Below are positions 29,761 through 38,486 of a DNA stretch of 64,000 nt, in pieces; position 1 is the first letter of the stretch; every line of letters begins with the position of its first letter. The position numbers were made by a program, and so were the translations under genes. A model generated the notes under the pieces. It ran no database searches. It worked only from the letters and a program-made list of their open reading frames with translations, and had not been told where the DNA came from. The DNA is from Trueperaceae bacterium (GTDB lineage Bacteria > Deinococcota > Deinococci > Deinococcales > Trueperaceae): the NCBI GenBank assembly GCA_034520945.1, contig JAXHNB010000002.1, positions 64,001 through 128,000 on the forward strand. The letters are read 5' to 3'.

Positions 29761-30554
29761 CGCGCGTCCTCCTCTTCGCGCACGCCGGAGGACGGGGCGT
29801 GTCGGGTCTCCCCACCCGGGGTGTCGTCGGCGCCGAGTTCACGGGAGATGGTCTGCGCGCAGGCCCGGGCGATGGGCACCAGCTCGCGGATGCGTGCATC
29901 GGTGAGGTACACGGTGGCGCCGCTGATGCTGATCGCCGCGATCGCACGCCCCGACGCGTCCCAGACGGGGACGGCGATGCAGCGGATGCCCGGCTCGTTC
30001 TCCTCGAGGTCGAGGGCGTACCCCTGGCGTCGGATGGTGGCGAGCTCGTCGCGCATGGCGTCCGGCCACGTGATCGAGCTGTCGGTCTTGGGGGCGAGAT
30101 CCAACAGGTGCGACGGCCATTCCTCCAGAGGCAGGCTGGCGATGAGCGTCTTGCCCAGGGCGGTGGTCTGGGCGGGAACGCGCAGGCCGACGTGCGAGCG
30201 CATTTGCAGCCCGCGGCTTCCCTCGATCTTCTCCAGGTAGGTGATGTGGCCGTCCGCGAGGACGCCTAGGTGGACCGTTTCGGAGGTGCGCCGCGACACC
30301 TCCTCGAGGTGGGGCCGGGCGACCGTCAGGTAGTCCAATTGCTGGCGCGCCAGCTCGCTGAGCTGCAGCAGGCGGTAGTCCAACCGGAAGCGGTGGCCCT
30401 GGTAGCGCAACAGGTGATGATGCACCAGCACCTGCGTGAGGCGGTGCACCGTGCTCTTCGGTAGGCCGCTGGCACGCGCCAGATCGCCGAGCGTATCGAA
30501 GCCTTCAGCCACCAGCGTCAACAGGTTCAGCCCCTTGTCCAGGGTACGACTCAC
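29757..30554 (-). CDS. IclR-family transcriptional regulator
   Basis: GLPKSTVHRL HTH, TALGK, GYALDLEENEPGIRCIAVPV; GTG start after GGAGG. Confidence 0.92.
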   Translation of the reverse strand: MSRTLDKGLNLLTLVAEGFDTLGDLARASGLPKSTVHRLTQVLVHHHLLRYQGHRFRLDYRLLQLSELARQQLDYLTVARPHLEEVSRRTSETVHLGVLADGHITYLEKIEGSRGLQMRSHVGLRVPAQTTALGKTLIASLPLEEWPSHLLDLAPKTDSSITWPDAMRDELATIRRQGYALDLEENEPGIRCIAVPVWDASGRAIAAISISGATVYLTDARIRELVPIARACAQTISRELGADDTPGGETRHAPSSGVREEEDAR

Positions 30555-30617
30555 GCCTCTACCTCCGGCCGTGGCGGGCTCACGTCCGTTCCGAATAATG
30601 GTACGCCATGCCTCATA

Positions 30618-30646
30618 TTGACATGCCCTCGCCGGCAGCCTATACT
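30618..30646 (+). promoter_or_regulatory. Sigma70-type promoter TTGACA-N17-TATACT for the ABC/eda/kdgK operon
   Basis: TTGACA 30618-23 and TATACT 30641-46 with an exact 17-nt spacer, in a GC-rich background. Confidence 0.85.
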
Positions 30647-30860
30647 CGCGCCGCAAGACAACGCAATGTGCTTCGCGCTGCTTTGGCCGTGGTCGGCGTG
30701 GTGCGTGACCATGCGCGCCGTGTTCTCGGCGGATGCGCCGTGGGCGCGGAGCCAGGAGAACACGGGAGGTCGGTGGACCCTGCAGTTGGCCAACGCCCGG
30801 CATGCGTCCCGGTAGCGGCGCAGTCGGGACACGCGCACTCGCGTTCCAGGAGGACGAGAC

Positions 30861-32144
30861 ATGCGACATCGGATCGGATGGCGAAACCTGGCGGCGGTGG
30901 CCGCGCTCGCGGCCGTGGCCTGGGGATCGCTGGCATCGGCCCAGACCGAGATCACGTTCACGGTCTGGAACTACTCGCTTGACACCGTGCAGGACAACAT
31001 TCGCCAGTTCGAGGAGGCGAATCCCGACGTCGAGGTCACCCTGAACGACTACACCTGGCAGGACTACCAGGACACCATGGTGTTGCGCTTCCGCGGCGGC
31101 AACGCCCCCGACGTGCTGTACGGCGGGCAGGATTGGCTTCCCGCCTGGGCGTCGGCAGGCTGGGTGGTGCCGATCGAGGGTCGTTGCGAAGGGATGGCGC
31201 AGTACGCCGAGGACGCCGCAGATTATGCCGTCAGCGACATGACGTATCAGGGTGAGCTATACGGCCTTCCCTACTACGCGGACACCATCAGCTTCCTGTA
31301 CAACGAAGCGATCCTGGACGAGCACGGCATCGACGTGCCCCAGACGTGGGACGACGTGCTGCAGGCCAGCCTCGAGCTAAAGGAGGCGGGGATGAGCCGC
31401 CCCTTCATCTACGAGTACGACCAGGAGCTGCCCAACTTCTACGACGCGTTCGTGGCGCAGGTGTACGGCCGTGGCGGCGACATGTTCGACGAGGACCTAA
31501 ACCCGCTGTTCGATGATCCCGACAGCGCCGCGTTCCAGCACCTGCAGTGGCTGCAGGACGCAATCACCGAGCACGAGATCATCGAGATGGTGCCACACGA
31601 GACGGACATCATTCGGGCCATGAACACGGGCCAGCACGCCTTCACCGTCGTGTACAACTACGTACTGGCGGCCATGAACGAGCAGGCCACCCAGCCGCGT
31701 GCCGGCGAATTCGCACTGGCCCGGATGCCGGGCGAGGCGCACGAGACGCTCGGCTTCGCCAAGTTCTACGCCCTCTCGCAGGAGGCGGCCGAGGACCCCG
31801 AGCGGCTCGACGCGGCCTGCCGCTTCATCGAGTACATGGGAGGCGGCGACTACGAGATCGCCACCCGCTGGGCGGCCGAACGCGGGCTCGGCTTCGCGCA
31901 GTTGCCGCTGTTCGAACGCGAGGTCGTGCGCGAGGCCTGGGGCAGCTGGATCGACATCGACGTGTTGCAGGAGCAGGTCGCCAGCGCCCGAAGTGGTACC
32001 TGGACCGAGTGGACGACGGTGTGGAGCTCGCAGTTCCGGCCGATGCTGGCGCAGGCCATGGTCGGCGAGGTGTCCGTGGAGGAGGCTCTGTCCAACGGAG
32101 CCGAGGCCTGGACCGAGCTGCGCGACACGGTGCGTGGCAACTGA
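30861..32144 (+). CDS. Carbohydrate ABC transporter (CUT1) substrate-binding protein
   Basis: Signal peptide, FEEANPDVEV, LYGLP, YNEAIL, PQTWDD. Confidence 0.92.
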   Translation: MRHRIGWRNLAAVAALAAVAWGSLASAQTEITFTVWNYSLDTVQDNIRQFEEANPDVEVTLNDYTWQDYQDTMVLRFRGGNAPDVLYGGQDWLPAWASAGWVVPIEGRCEGMAQYAEDAADYAVSDMTYQGELYGLPYYADTISFLYNEAILDEHGIDVPQTWDDVLQASLELKEAGMSRPFIYEYDQELPNFYDAFVAQVYGRGGDMFDEDLNPLFDDPDSAAFQHLQWLQDAITEHEIIEMVPHETDIIRAMNTGQHAFTVVYNYVLAAMNEQATQPRAGEFALARMPGEAHETLGFAKFYALSQEAAEDPERLDAACRFIEYMGGGDYEIATRWAAERGLGFAQLPLFEREVVREAWGSWIDIDVLQEQVASARSGTWTEWTTVWSSQFRPMLAQAMVGEVSVEEALSNGAEAWTELRDTVRGN

Positions 32145-32216
32145 ACCTCTAGGCGCACGGGATGACGGGCGCCCGGCCCACGGCAGGGTCGGGCGCCCGC
32201 TCCAGGCGGGAAGCGG

Positions 32217-33104
32217 ATGACCCGGGAGACCCGAAGCCCGTACTTGTGGATCCTGCCGGTGCTCGTGCCGGTGTTCCTGTTCACCCTGTACCCGGTGGGG
32301 TATGCCCTGTGGACGAGCCTGCACCGCATGCAGGTGTTGCTGCCGGGCGAGCCGTTCGTGGGGCTCGCGAACTATGCGAGCGTGCTCACCACCGACAGCG
32401 TCTGGACCGCGGCCCGGAACACCCTCGTGTTCACGGCCACCAGCGCCCCGCTCACCGTCGCGGTGGGCCTGGGCGTCGCCTATTTGTTGCTGGCCCACTA
32501 CCCGGGCCGGATCTACGTGCGCTCGGTGGTGCTGCTGCCGTGGGCGCTTCCCGGCGCCATCACCGCCGTGATCTGGACGTGGGTGTTCCAACCGTCCTGG
32601 GGCATCCTGAACCTGATCCTGCGGTCGCTCGGCATCGTCGAGGAGAACGTGCGCTGGCTCACGCGCCCCGACCTCGCCAAGGTCGCGACGACCGTCGCCC
32701 ACGTGTGGACCCAGTTCCCGTTCGCGGCCGTGCTGATGCTGGCAGCCCTGGCGGCGATCGACGAGACGCTGTACGCCGCCGCCGCCATCGACGGCGCCAA
32801 CGCCTGGCAGCGGTTCCGATTCATCACGCTGCCCCAGATCAGCACCATGATCGCCATCCTGCTCATCTACGAGACGTTGGTGGCGATCACCAGTTACGAC
32901 GTCACCTACGCCATGACGGGCGGTGGACCGGGCAGCGCCACCACGTTGTTGTCGTTCCAGATCTGGAAGCAGAGCTTCAGCGAGCTCAACTTCGGCAACG
33001 GTGCTGCACTCGCGTTCCTGACGGCTTTGTTGTCGCTGGTTTTCATCGTGTCGATCCTGCGCGCGATCCCCACCGAGATCTTCGGGACGAGTGACGGCGA
33101 ATGA
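32217..33104 (+). CDS. Carbohydrate ABC transporter permease 1
   Basis: LYAAAAIDGANAWQRFRFITLP, MTGGGPG. Confidence 0.92.
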   Translation: MTRETRSPYLWILPVLVPVFLFTLYPVGYALWTSLHRMQVLLPGEPFVGLANYASVLTTDSVWTAARNTLVFTATSAPLTVAVGLGVAYLLLAHYPGRIYVRSVVLLPWALPGAITAVIWTWVFQPSWGILNLILRSLGIVEENVRWLTRPDLAKVATTVAHVWTQFPFAAVLMLAALAAIDETLYAAAAIDGANAWQRFRFITLPQISTMIAILLIYETLVAITSYDVTYAMTGGGPGSATTLLSFQIWKQSFSELNFGNGAALAFLTALLSLVFIVSILRAIPTEIFGTSDGE

Positions 33105-33994
33105 CGCGGGGCCGCGACGTCGGGCGCGCCTTCCTGATGCTGGGGGCGTTCCTGGTGTTTCTGTTCAGCGGTGGACCGGTGCTGCTCGCGTTCATCGGAA
33201 GCATCGTGCCCGACCAAGCGATCTTCAGCTATCCGCCCAACTGGTTCGGGCACGGGGTCACCCTGGACAACTATCGCTACATCTTCACGGGAGAGCTGCC
33301 CAGCGTCTATCAGGAGCAGGGGGCGACGCGCAGCATGATCTCCGACGCCGCGCGGCAGGTCCCCCGGGCGCTGATGAACAGCATGATCGTGGCGGGAAGC
33401 GTGGCGCTGGTCAACCTCCTCCTCGGCGCGCCGGCCGGGTTCGCCTACGCGCGGATGCGCTTCCGCGGGCGCATCCTGACCTTCATGGGGTTGATCATGG
33501 CGCCGCTGGTTCCGTCCATCGCCCTGATCGTGCCGTACTATCTTCTTGTCCAGGAGTTCGGGCTGGTAGGCAGCCGGATTTCGATGATCGCGATTCACTC
33601 CGTGATGACGCTTCCCTTCACGGTGCTGATCTTGTCGGTGTTCTTCCGTCGCGTTCCCGGCGAATTGCACGATGCCGCACGCGTCGACGGGTGCACGCCG
33701 TTCCAGGTGTTCACCCGGATCTTCGTGCCGCTGGTCCGCCCCAGCCTGCTGGCCACCGGCCTGTTCGCGTTCATGTTGTCGTACGCCGAGTTCATGTTCG
33801 CGCACGCCCTCGGGGGCGGCTCGGACGTTCGGCTGCTGCCCGTCGTGATGGCGGCCCTGGCGCGCAACCCCGACGTGTCGTGGGGGCTTCTGAACGCCTC
33901 GATCTTCGTGGCCGTGGTGCCTTCGTTGGTGCTGGTGGTGGTCGTGTGGCGCTTCGTGGTCGAAGGCCTGATGCTGGGAGGCGTGAAGGGATGA
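33101..33994 (+). CDS. Carbohydrate ABC transporter permease 2
   Basis: ELHDAARVDGC...RIFVPL and C-terminal GGVKG. Confidence 0.92.
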   Translation: MTRGRDVGRAFLMLGAFLVFLFSGGPVLLAFIGSIVPDQAIFSYPPNWFGHGVTLDNYRYIFTGELPSVYQEQGATRSMISDAARQVPRALMNSMIVAGSVALVNLLLGAPAGFAYARMRFRGRILTFMGLIMAPLVPSIALIVPYYLLVQEFGLVGSRISMIAIHSVMTLPFTVLILSVFFRRVPGELHDAARVDGCTPFQVFTRIFVPLVRPSLLATGLFAFMLSYAEFMFAHALGGGSDVRLLPVVMAALARNPDVSWGLLNASIFVAVVPSLVLVVVVWRFVVEGLMLGGVKG

Positions 33995-34731
33995 GACACC
34001 GGCATGGGCGCGGCGTGCGCACGGCCGAGGGCCCGCATGGATCGGACCCGAACGAGGATCCCCAGGCCAAGCAGGGGCCCGCGCCAACGGCTGGAGACGA
34101 CCGCTTCGTGGCGGCACTCACGAAGGCCCGCGTGATCGCGATCGTGCGGGGGCCGTACCAGGTGCCGCAGTACGCCGAGATCGTCGACGCGCTGGTCGAA
34201 GGGGGCCTCAGCTTGGTCGAACTGACGGTCGAGCAACCGCACGCCGTGGAGGCCATCCGCCGTCTCGCGCCGCAGCTGCCGCGCGACGTCTGGTTGGGCG
34301 CCGGCACCGTCCGAACGATCGAACATGCCGAACGGGCCGTCGAAGCGGGGGCGCGCTTCCTGGTGTCCCCGTCCTTCGACGCGGGGGTCGCACGGTTTGC
34401 GAAGGAGGCGGATGTCCCCTACCTGCCGGGCGTGCAGACGCCCACCGAGGTCGACGCGGCGCGCGCTGCGGGGTGCAGCGCCGTCAAGCTATTCCCCGCG
34501 CATCATCTGGGTCCCACCTACCTGAAGGCGATCAAGGCGCCACTCCACGATGTGAACTTCGTGCCGACGGGCGGGATCGGCCCCGAAGATGCTAATACAT
34601 GGATTTCTGCCGGCGCATGCGCGGTCGGCGTGGGCGGATTTTTGGTCGCACCGGGGGACGCGCCGTCCGAGATCCGCGAGCGCGCGCAAGCCATGGTGGA
34701 GGCCCTGAAGGGCGAGAAGACCGATGGCTGA
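33991..34731 (+). CDS. eda: KDPG/KHG aldolase
   Basis: VIAIVR, GAGTV, FLVSP, PGVQTPTE, KLFPA, VPTGGI. Confidence 0.9.
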   Translation: MRHRHGRGVRTAEGPHGSDPNEDPQAKQGPAPTAGDDRFVAALTKARVIAIVRGPYQVPQYAEIVDALVEGGLSLVELTVEQPHAVEAIRRLAPQLPRDVWLGAGTVRTIEHAERAVEAGARFLVSPSFDAGVARFAKEADVPYLPGVQTPTEVDAARAAGCSAVKLFPAHHLGPTYLKAIKAPLHDVNFVPTGGIGPEDANTWISAGACAVGVGGFLVAPGDAPSEIRERAQAMVEALKGEKTDG

Positions 34732-35710
34732 CGCGACGGCTGCGGATCCAAGCCCCACCTTCGACGTCACCAGCCTCGGCGAGGCCCTGGTGCGCTTGTC
34801 GGTGCCCGCCGGCACGCGTCTATCCAACGCTGCGCGTCTCGATGTGCACGTTGCGGGGGCGGAGAGCAACGTGTGCGCGGCGTTGGCGGGGTTGGGACGG
34901 CGCAGCGCCTTCGTCACGCGCCTTCCGCACAATCCGCTGGGGGACCTCGTCGTGCGCCGGCTGCGCGAATGGGGGGTCGACCCCAGCGGGATCGTACGCG
35001 CCGACCAGGGGCGGGTCGGTACCTATTTCGTCGAGTTCGCAGCGCCACCACTGCCGATCCGGGTGACCTACGACCGGGCCGACAGCGCCTGCACGCGGTT
35101 CACGTCGGGCGAGGTGGACTGGGAATGGATGCTCGATACGCGGGCGCTGCACCTCACGGGCATCACGCCGGCCCTGAGCCCGTCCTGCCGCGAACTCGTC
35201 GGGGAGGCCGCCGATCGGGCACGTGAGCGGGGCGTGCAGGTCAGCTTCGACGTCAACCACCGGGCGCAGTTGTGGAGCGACCATGCGGCGGCCGAGGCCC
35301 TGCGGCCGTTGCTGCGCGCGGCCGACCTGCTGCTCTGCAAGCGCGACGACGCGGAGCGCCTGTTTGGGATTTCGGGGGCGCCCGAACGGATGCTGGACGA
35401 GCTTCAGGACCTGTCCGGCGCGGTGCACGTGGTCATGAGCCTGGGCGAGGAAGGGGCCCTGGCCCGCAGCGAGGGACGGACCTACCATCAGCCGGCGATC
35501 CCGGTGACGGTGGTGGACCGGATCGGCGCGGGCGACGCGTTCGCGGCAGGCGTGATCGATGGCGTTCTCGACGGCGACCTCGAGGCTGGCTTGGCCACGG
35601 GCACTGCTCTGGCGGCGCTCGCGCTGACGCAACACGGCGACGTCGTGGTCACCGACCGGGCCGAGGTCGACGCCGCGCGCCATGGCCTGTCGGGGGGTGT
35701 TCACAGGTAG
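34724..35710 (+). CDS. kdgK: PfkB-family kinase, 2-keto-3-deoxygluconate kinase-like
   Basis: AGAESNV, YDRADSA, HLTGIT, FDVNHR, DRIGAGDAF; adjacent to eda. Confidence 0.8.
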   Translation: MADATAADPSPTFDVTSLGEALVRLSVPAGTRLSNAARLDVHVAGAESNVCAALAGLGRRSAFVTRLPHNPLGDLVVRRLREWGVDPSGIVRADQGRVGTYFVEFAAPPLPIRVTYDRADSACTRFTSGEVDWEWMLDTRALHLTGITPALSPSCRELVGEAADRARERGVQVSFDVNHRAQLWSDHAAAEALRPLLRAADLLLCKRDDAERLFGISGAPERMLDELQDLSGAVHVVMSLGEEGALARSEGRTYHQPAIPVTVVDRIGAGDAFAAGVIDGVLDGDLEAGLATGTALAALALTQHGDVVVTDRAEVDAARHGLSGGVHR

Positions 35711-35791
35711 CCGCCAGACCGACCACCACGTCGGATGCGCAGACGTCGACGCGAACGCCGCGTACGTGGTGGGTCGAAGGGAGGAGCAGGG

Positions 35792-36256
35792 ATGCCGACC
35801 ATCGAAGACAAGCTGCACGAACGCGGCCTGGCGTTTCGGAGGGAGCGCCCCCAACGGCGCTTCGTCGACGCCAAGCAGGCCGGTGATTTGGTGTACCTCT
35901 CGGGCCACGGGCCGGAGGACGAACATGGGCACCTGCCGTGGGTCGGCAAGGTCGGTCGTGAGGTGACGATCGAGGAGGGCTACCAGGCGGCCCGCAGGGT
36001 GGCGGTCAACTGCCTGGGGAGCCTGAAGGTGCATCTCGGCGAGCTCGAGCGCATCGACGAGGTGATCAAGGTGCTCGGTTTCGTCAACAGCGCGCCGGAC
36101 TTCCACCGGCAGCCCGAGGTCATGCACGGCTTCACCGACCTACTGCTGGAGGTGCTGGGCGAGCGCGGCCGTCACGCCCGCTCGGCGATCGGCACGAACA
36201 CCCTTCCCAACGACCAACCGGTCGAGGTCGAAATGATCGTCAAGGTTCGCGTGTGA
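35792..36256 (+). CDS. RidA/YjgF-family protein
   Basis: YLSGHGP, GKVG, GRHARSAIG...LP....VEVE. Confidence 0.88.
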   Translation: MPTIEDKLHERGLAFRRERPQRRFVDAKQAGDLVYLSGHGPEDEHGHLPWVGKVGREVTIEEGYQAARRVAVNCLGSLKVHLGELERIDEVIKVLGFVNSAPDFHRQPEVMHGFTDLLLEVLGERGRHARSAIGTNTLPNDQPVEVEMIVKVRV

Positions 36257-36355
36257 GGACGGGCCAACGTCGTCGGCCTCGTCGCGCCGCAGCCGTCCGG
36301 GTACGCTGAGGCAGAGGGGCGCGCCACCGAACCGCCGCCCCCGAACGGAGCGACC

Positions 36356-37360
36356 ATGACCGGACCCGATGCCACGTCCTCCACCGACCGATTTCGCGTG
36401 GTGGTCACCGACCACGCCTATCCCGACGTGAGTGCCGAACGTGAGGTGCTCGGCGCCGTGGGCGCCACGGTGCACGATGCGCAGGCCCGGGGCCGGGACG
36501 AGCTGATCGAGGCGGTGCGCGACGCCGATGCAGTGCTGGTGCAGTTCGCCCGGATCGACGCGGAGGTGCTGGCGGCCATGCGGCGGTGCCGCGTGGTGGT
36601 GCGCTACGGCATCGGGGTGGACGGCGTCGACCTCGAGGCGGCCACCGAACACGGCATTCCGGTCGCGAACGTGCCGGACTACGGCCTGGACGAGGTCGCG
36701 GATCACGCCATGACCCTGCTGCTGGCCTTGGTTCGCAAGCTGCCGCAGGTCGCCGAGCAGGTCCGCGCCGGCGTGTGGGAACCGAACCCGTGCCGGCCGC
36801 TCCACTCGCTGCGTGGACGGACGCTGGGCCTGGTGGGGTTCGGGGCGATCGCCCGGCGGGTGGCCGCGCGGGCGCACGCCTTCGGGCTCGACGTGCAGGC
36901 GTACGATCCCTACGTCGAGGAGGGTGCCTTCGACGCGCACGGCGTGACGCGGGCCGGTTGGGAGGACCTCCTCGCCACCAGCGACTTCGTGTCGCTGCAT
37001 CTGCCCCTCAGCGACGCCACGCATCACATGTTCGACCGCGACGCGTTCGCGGCCATGAAGCGTGGCGCGTTCTTCGTCAACACCGCGCGCGGCGGGCTGG
37101 TGCGAACGGAGGACCTTCTGGCGGCGTTGGACGATGGCGCCGTGGCGGGCGCGGCGCTGGACGTGCTGGAGCAGGAACCGCCGCCGCAGGACGCGCCGGT
37201 GGTGCAGCACCCGCGGACGCTGGTGACCAGTCACTGCGCCTGGTACACCGAGGAGGCGCGCCAACGGGTGCAGCGCTTCGCCGCCGAAGAGGTCGCCCGT
37301 GTGCTTCGGGGCGAGGGGCCCAAGAACCTCGTCAACCCAGCGGTGGCCCAGAAGGGCTGA
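36356..37360 (+). CDS. D-isomer-specific 2-hydroxyacid dehydrogenase (CtBP/SerA-like)
   Basis: GFGAIA, VNTARG, LDVLEQEP, TSHCAWY. Confidence 0.92.
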   Translation: MTGPDATSSTDRFRVVVTDHAYPDVSAEREVLGAVGATVHDAQARGRDELIEAVRDADAVLVQFARIDAEVLAAMRRCRVVVRYGIGVDGVDLEAATEHGIPVANVPDYGLDEVADHAMTLLLALVRKLPQVAEQVRAGVWEPNPCRPLHSLRGRTLGLVGFGAIARRVAARAHAFGLDVQAYDPYVEEGAFDAHGVTRAGWEDLLATSDFVSLHLPLSDATHHMFDRDAFAAMKRGAFFVNTARGGLVRTEDLLAALDDGAVAGAALDVLEQEPPPQDAPVVQHPRTLVTSHCAWYTEEARQRVQRFAAEEVARVLRGEGPKNLVNPAVAQKG

Positions 37361-37557
37361 TGGGACGCCTGGCGTGCGGCATGCGCGCCGGGTCGCGCGG
37401 GGCGAGTCGCTGTCCGGTGGAGCCACCTTCGTCGAGCACGAGGTGTACGGTGCCGGTCACTACGGGCGACGACGATTGACCTTCGAGCCCGGTTCAAGGT
37501 GTATGTCTCTCTTCGGATCGAACCTCGAGGCGAGCTTCGAAGGGAGGAACGACCCTT

Positions 37558-37923
37558 ATGCGAGAGCCAGCGATTCGGGTTCTTCGCGCCGCACCTGCGG
37601 ACGCGTGGACGGTGTTGCCCGGTGTGTGGCTGTTGATTGCGCCCGTAGCGCTCGGGTACGCGGGCCTGCCCGACCCGCTCTGGAACGCCGTGTTGGTGGG
37701 TGCGGCCATCACGATCAGCGCGGCGGCGCGTGCGATCGGGGGCGGCGGGGTCCCCGTGCTCGGGTGCATTTGGAATCAGGTGGCGTTGGGCGCGTGGCTG
37801 CTCGTCGCGCCCTGGGTTCTGGGGTACGGCGACGTGACGATAGCCGTGATGAGCGATCTCGTCGCCGGCGCGCTCACGTTGGCCTTGATCTGGCGCGGCA
37901 TGCGACGCCGTGCCGGTGCCTGA
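37558..37923 (+). CDS. SPW-repeat small membrane protein
   Basis: Two GxWLLxAP(W)xLGY repeats; GGAGG RBS. Confidence 0.75.
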   Translation: MREPAIRVLRAAPADAWTVLPGVWLLIAPVALGYAGLPDPLWNAVLVGAAITISAAARAIGGGGVPVLGCIWNQVALGAWLLVAPWVLGYGDVTIAVMSDLVAGALTLALIWRGMRRRAGA

Positions 37924-37956
37924 GCCAAGCGAGGCGCGTCGTGCGCCAGGCGTGAC

Positions 37957-38200
37957 CTACGCGGCCCGAGCCCCCATGCTGCCCAAGTGGGTGTCTTGGA
38001 AGCCGCTGAACAGTTTGAGGCCGAAGCCCAGCGCGCGGTCGATGCCGATGTGCGTCACCCAGATCGGGGCGTACGGCAGCAGCGATGGCGCTTCGAACGC
38101 GAGGCCCACGTCTAGGAGCCCCAACGGGACGACCGTGGTGTGGACGGCGTTGTAGAGGGCGCTGCCGATGCGAGGGCCGCGCAGGTAGCCGACCATGGAC
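37957..38200 (-). pseudogene. 5'-truncated DUF4260-like membrane protein
   Basis: SMVGYLRGPRIG..LYNAVHT and HIGIDRALGFGLK...FQDTHLG match the family C-terminus; upstream sequence lacks the expected hydrophobic N-terminus. Confidence 0.65.
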
Positions 38201-38486
38201 GTCGCGGCCGTGGCGGGGGGCGTCGAGGGCGTCGTCACGGATGAAGCGTACGCCAAGGTGCTGCCGTGCGTCTCGGCTTCGCCATGCGAGGACGCCGGCG
38301 TTGGTCCTGCGTCTCGCCCGCGGTCGCGCGTCATCGCTTCGGCCCGGTGTCGGAGAGCGACGCCGGCGGGGCTAGGGTGGGGGTAGGGCATCTGTCCCTA
38401 CGGCCGTCGACGACGTACGGATAAGTTGGACCTACGTATCCGAGTTGGCCGATAGGGGCGGCTTGGAACGAGGAGAAAGGAGCGAG

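Noticed and set aside
32166..32199. GC-rich hairpin after the binding-protein gene as a possible REP element
   Set aside because: No other copies seen; an ordinary intercistronic hairpin.
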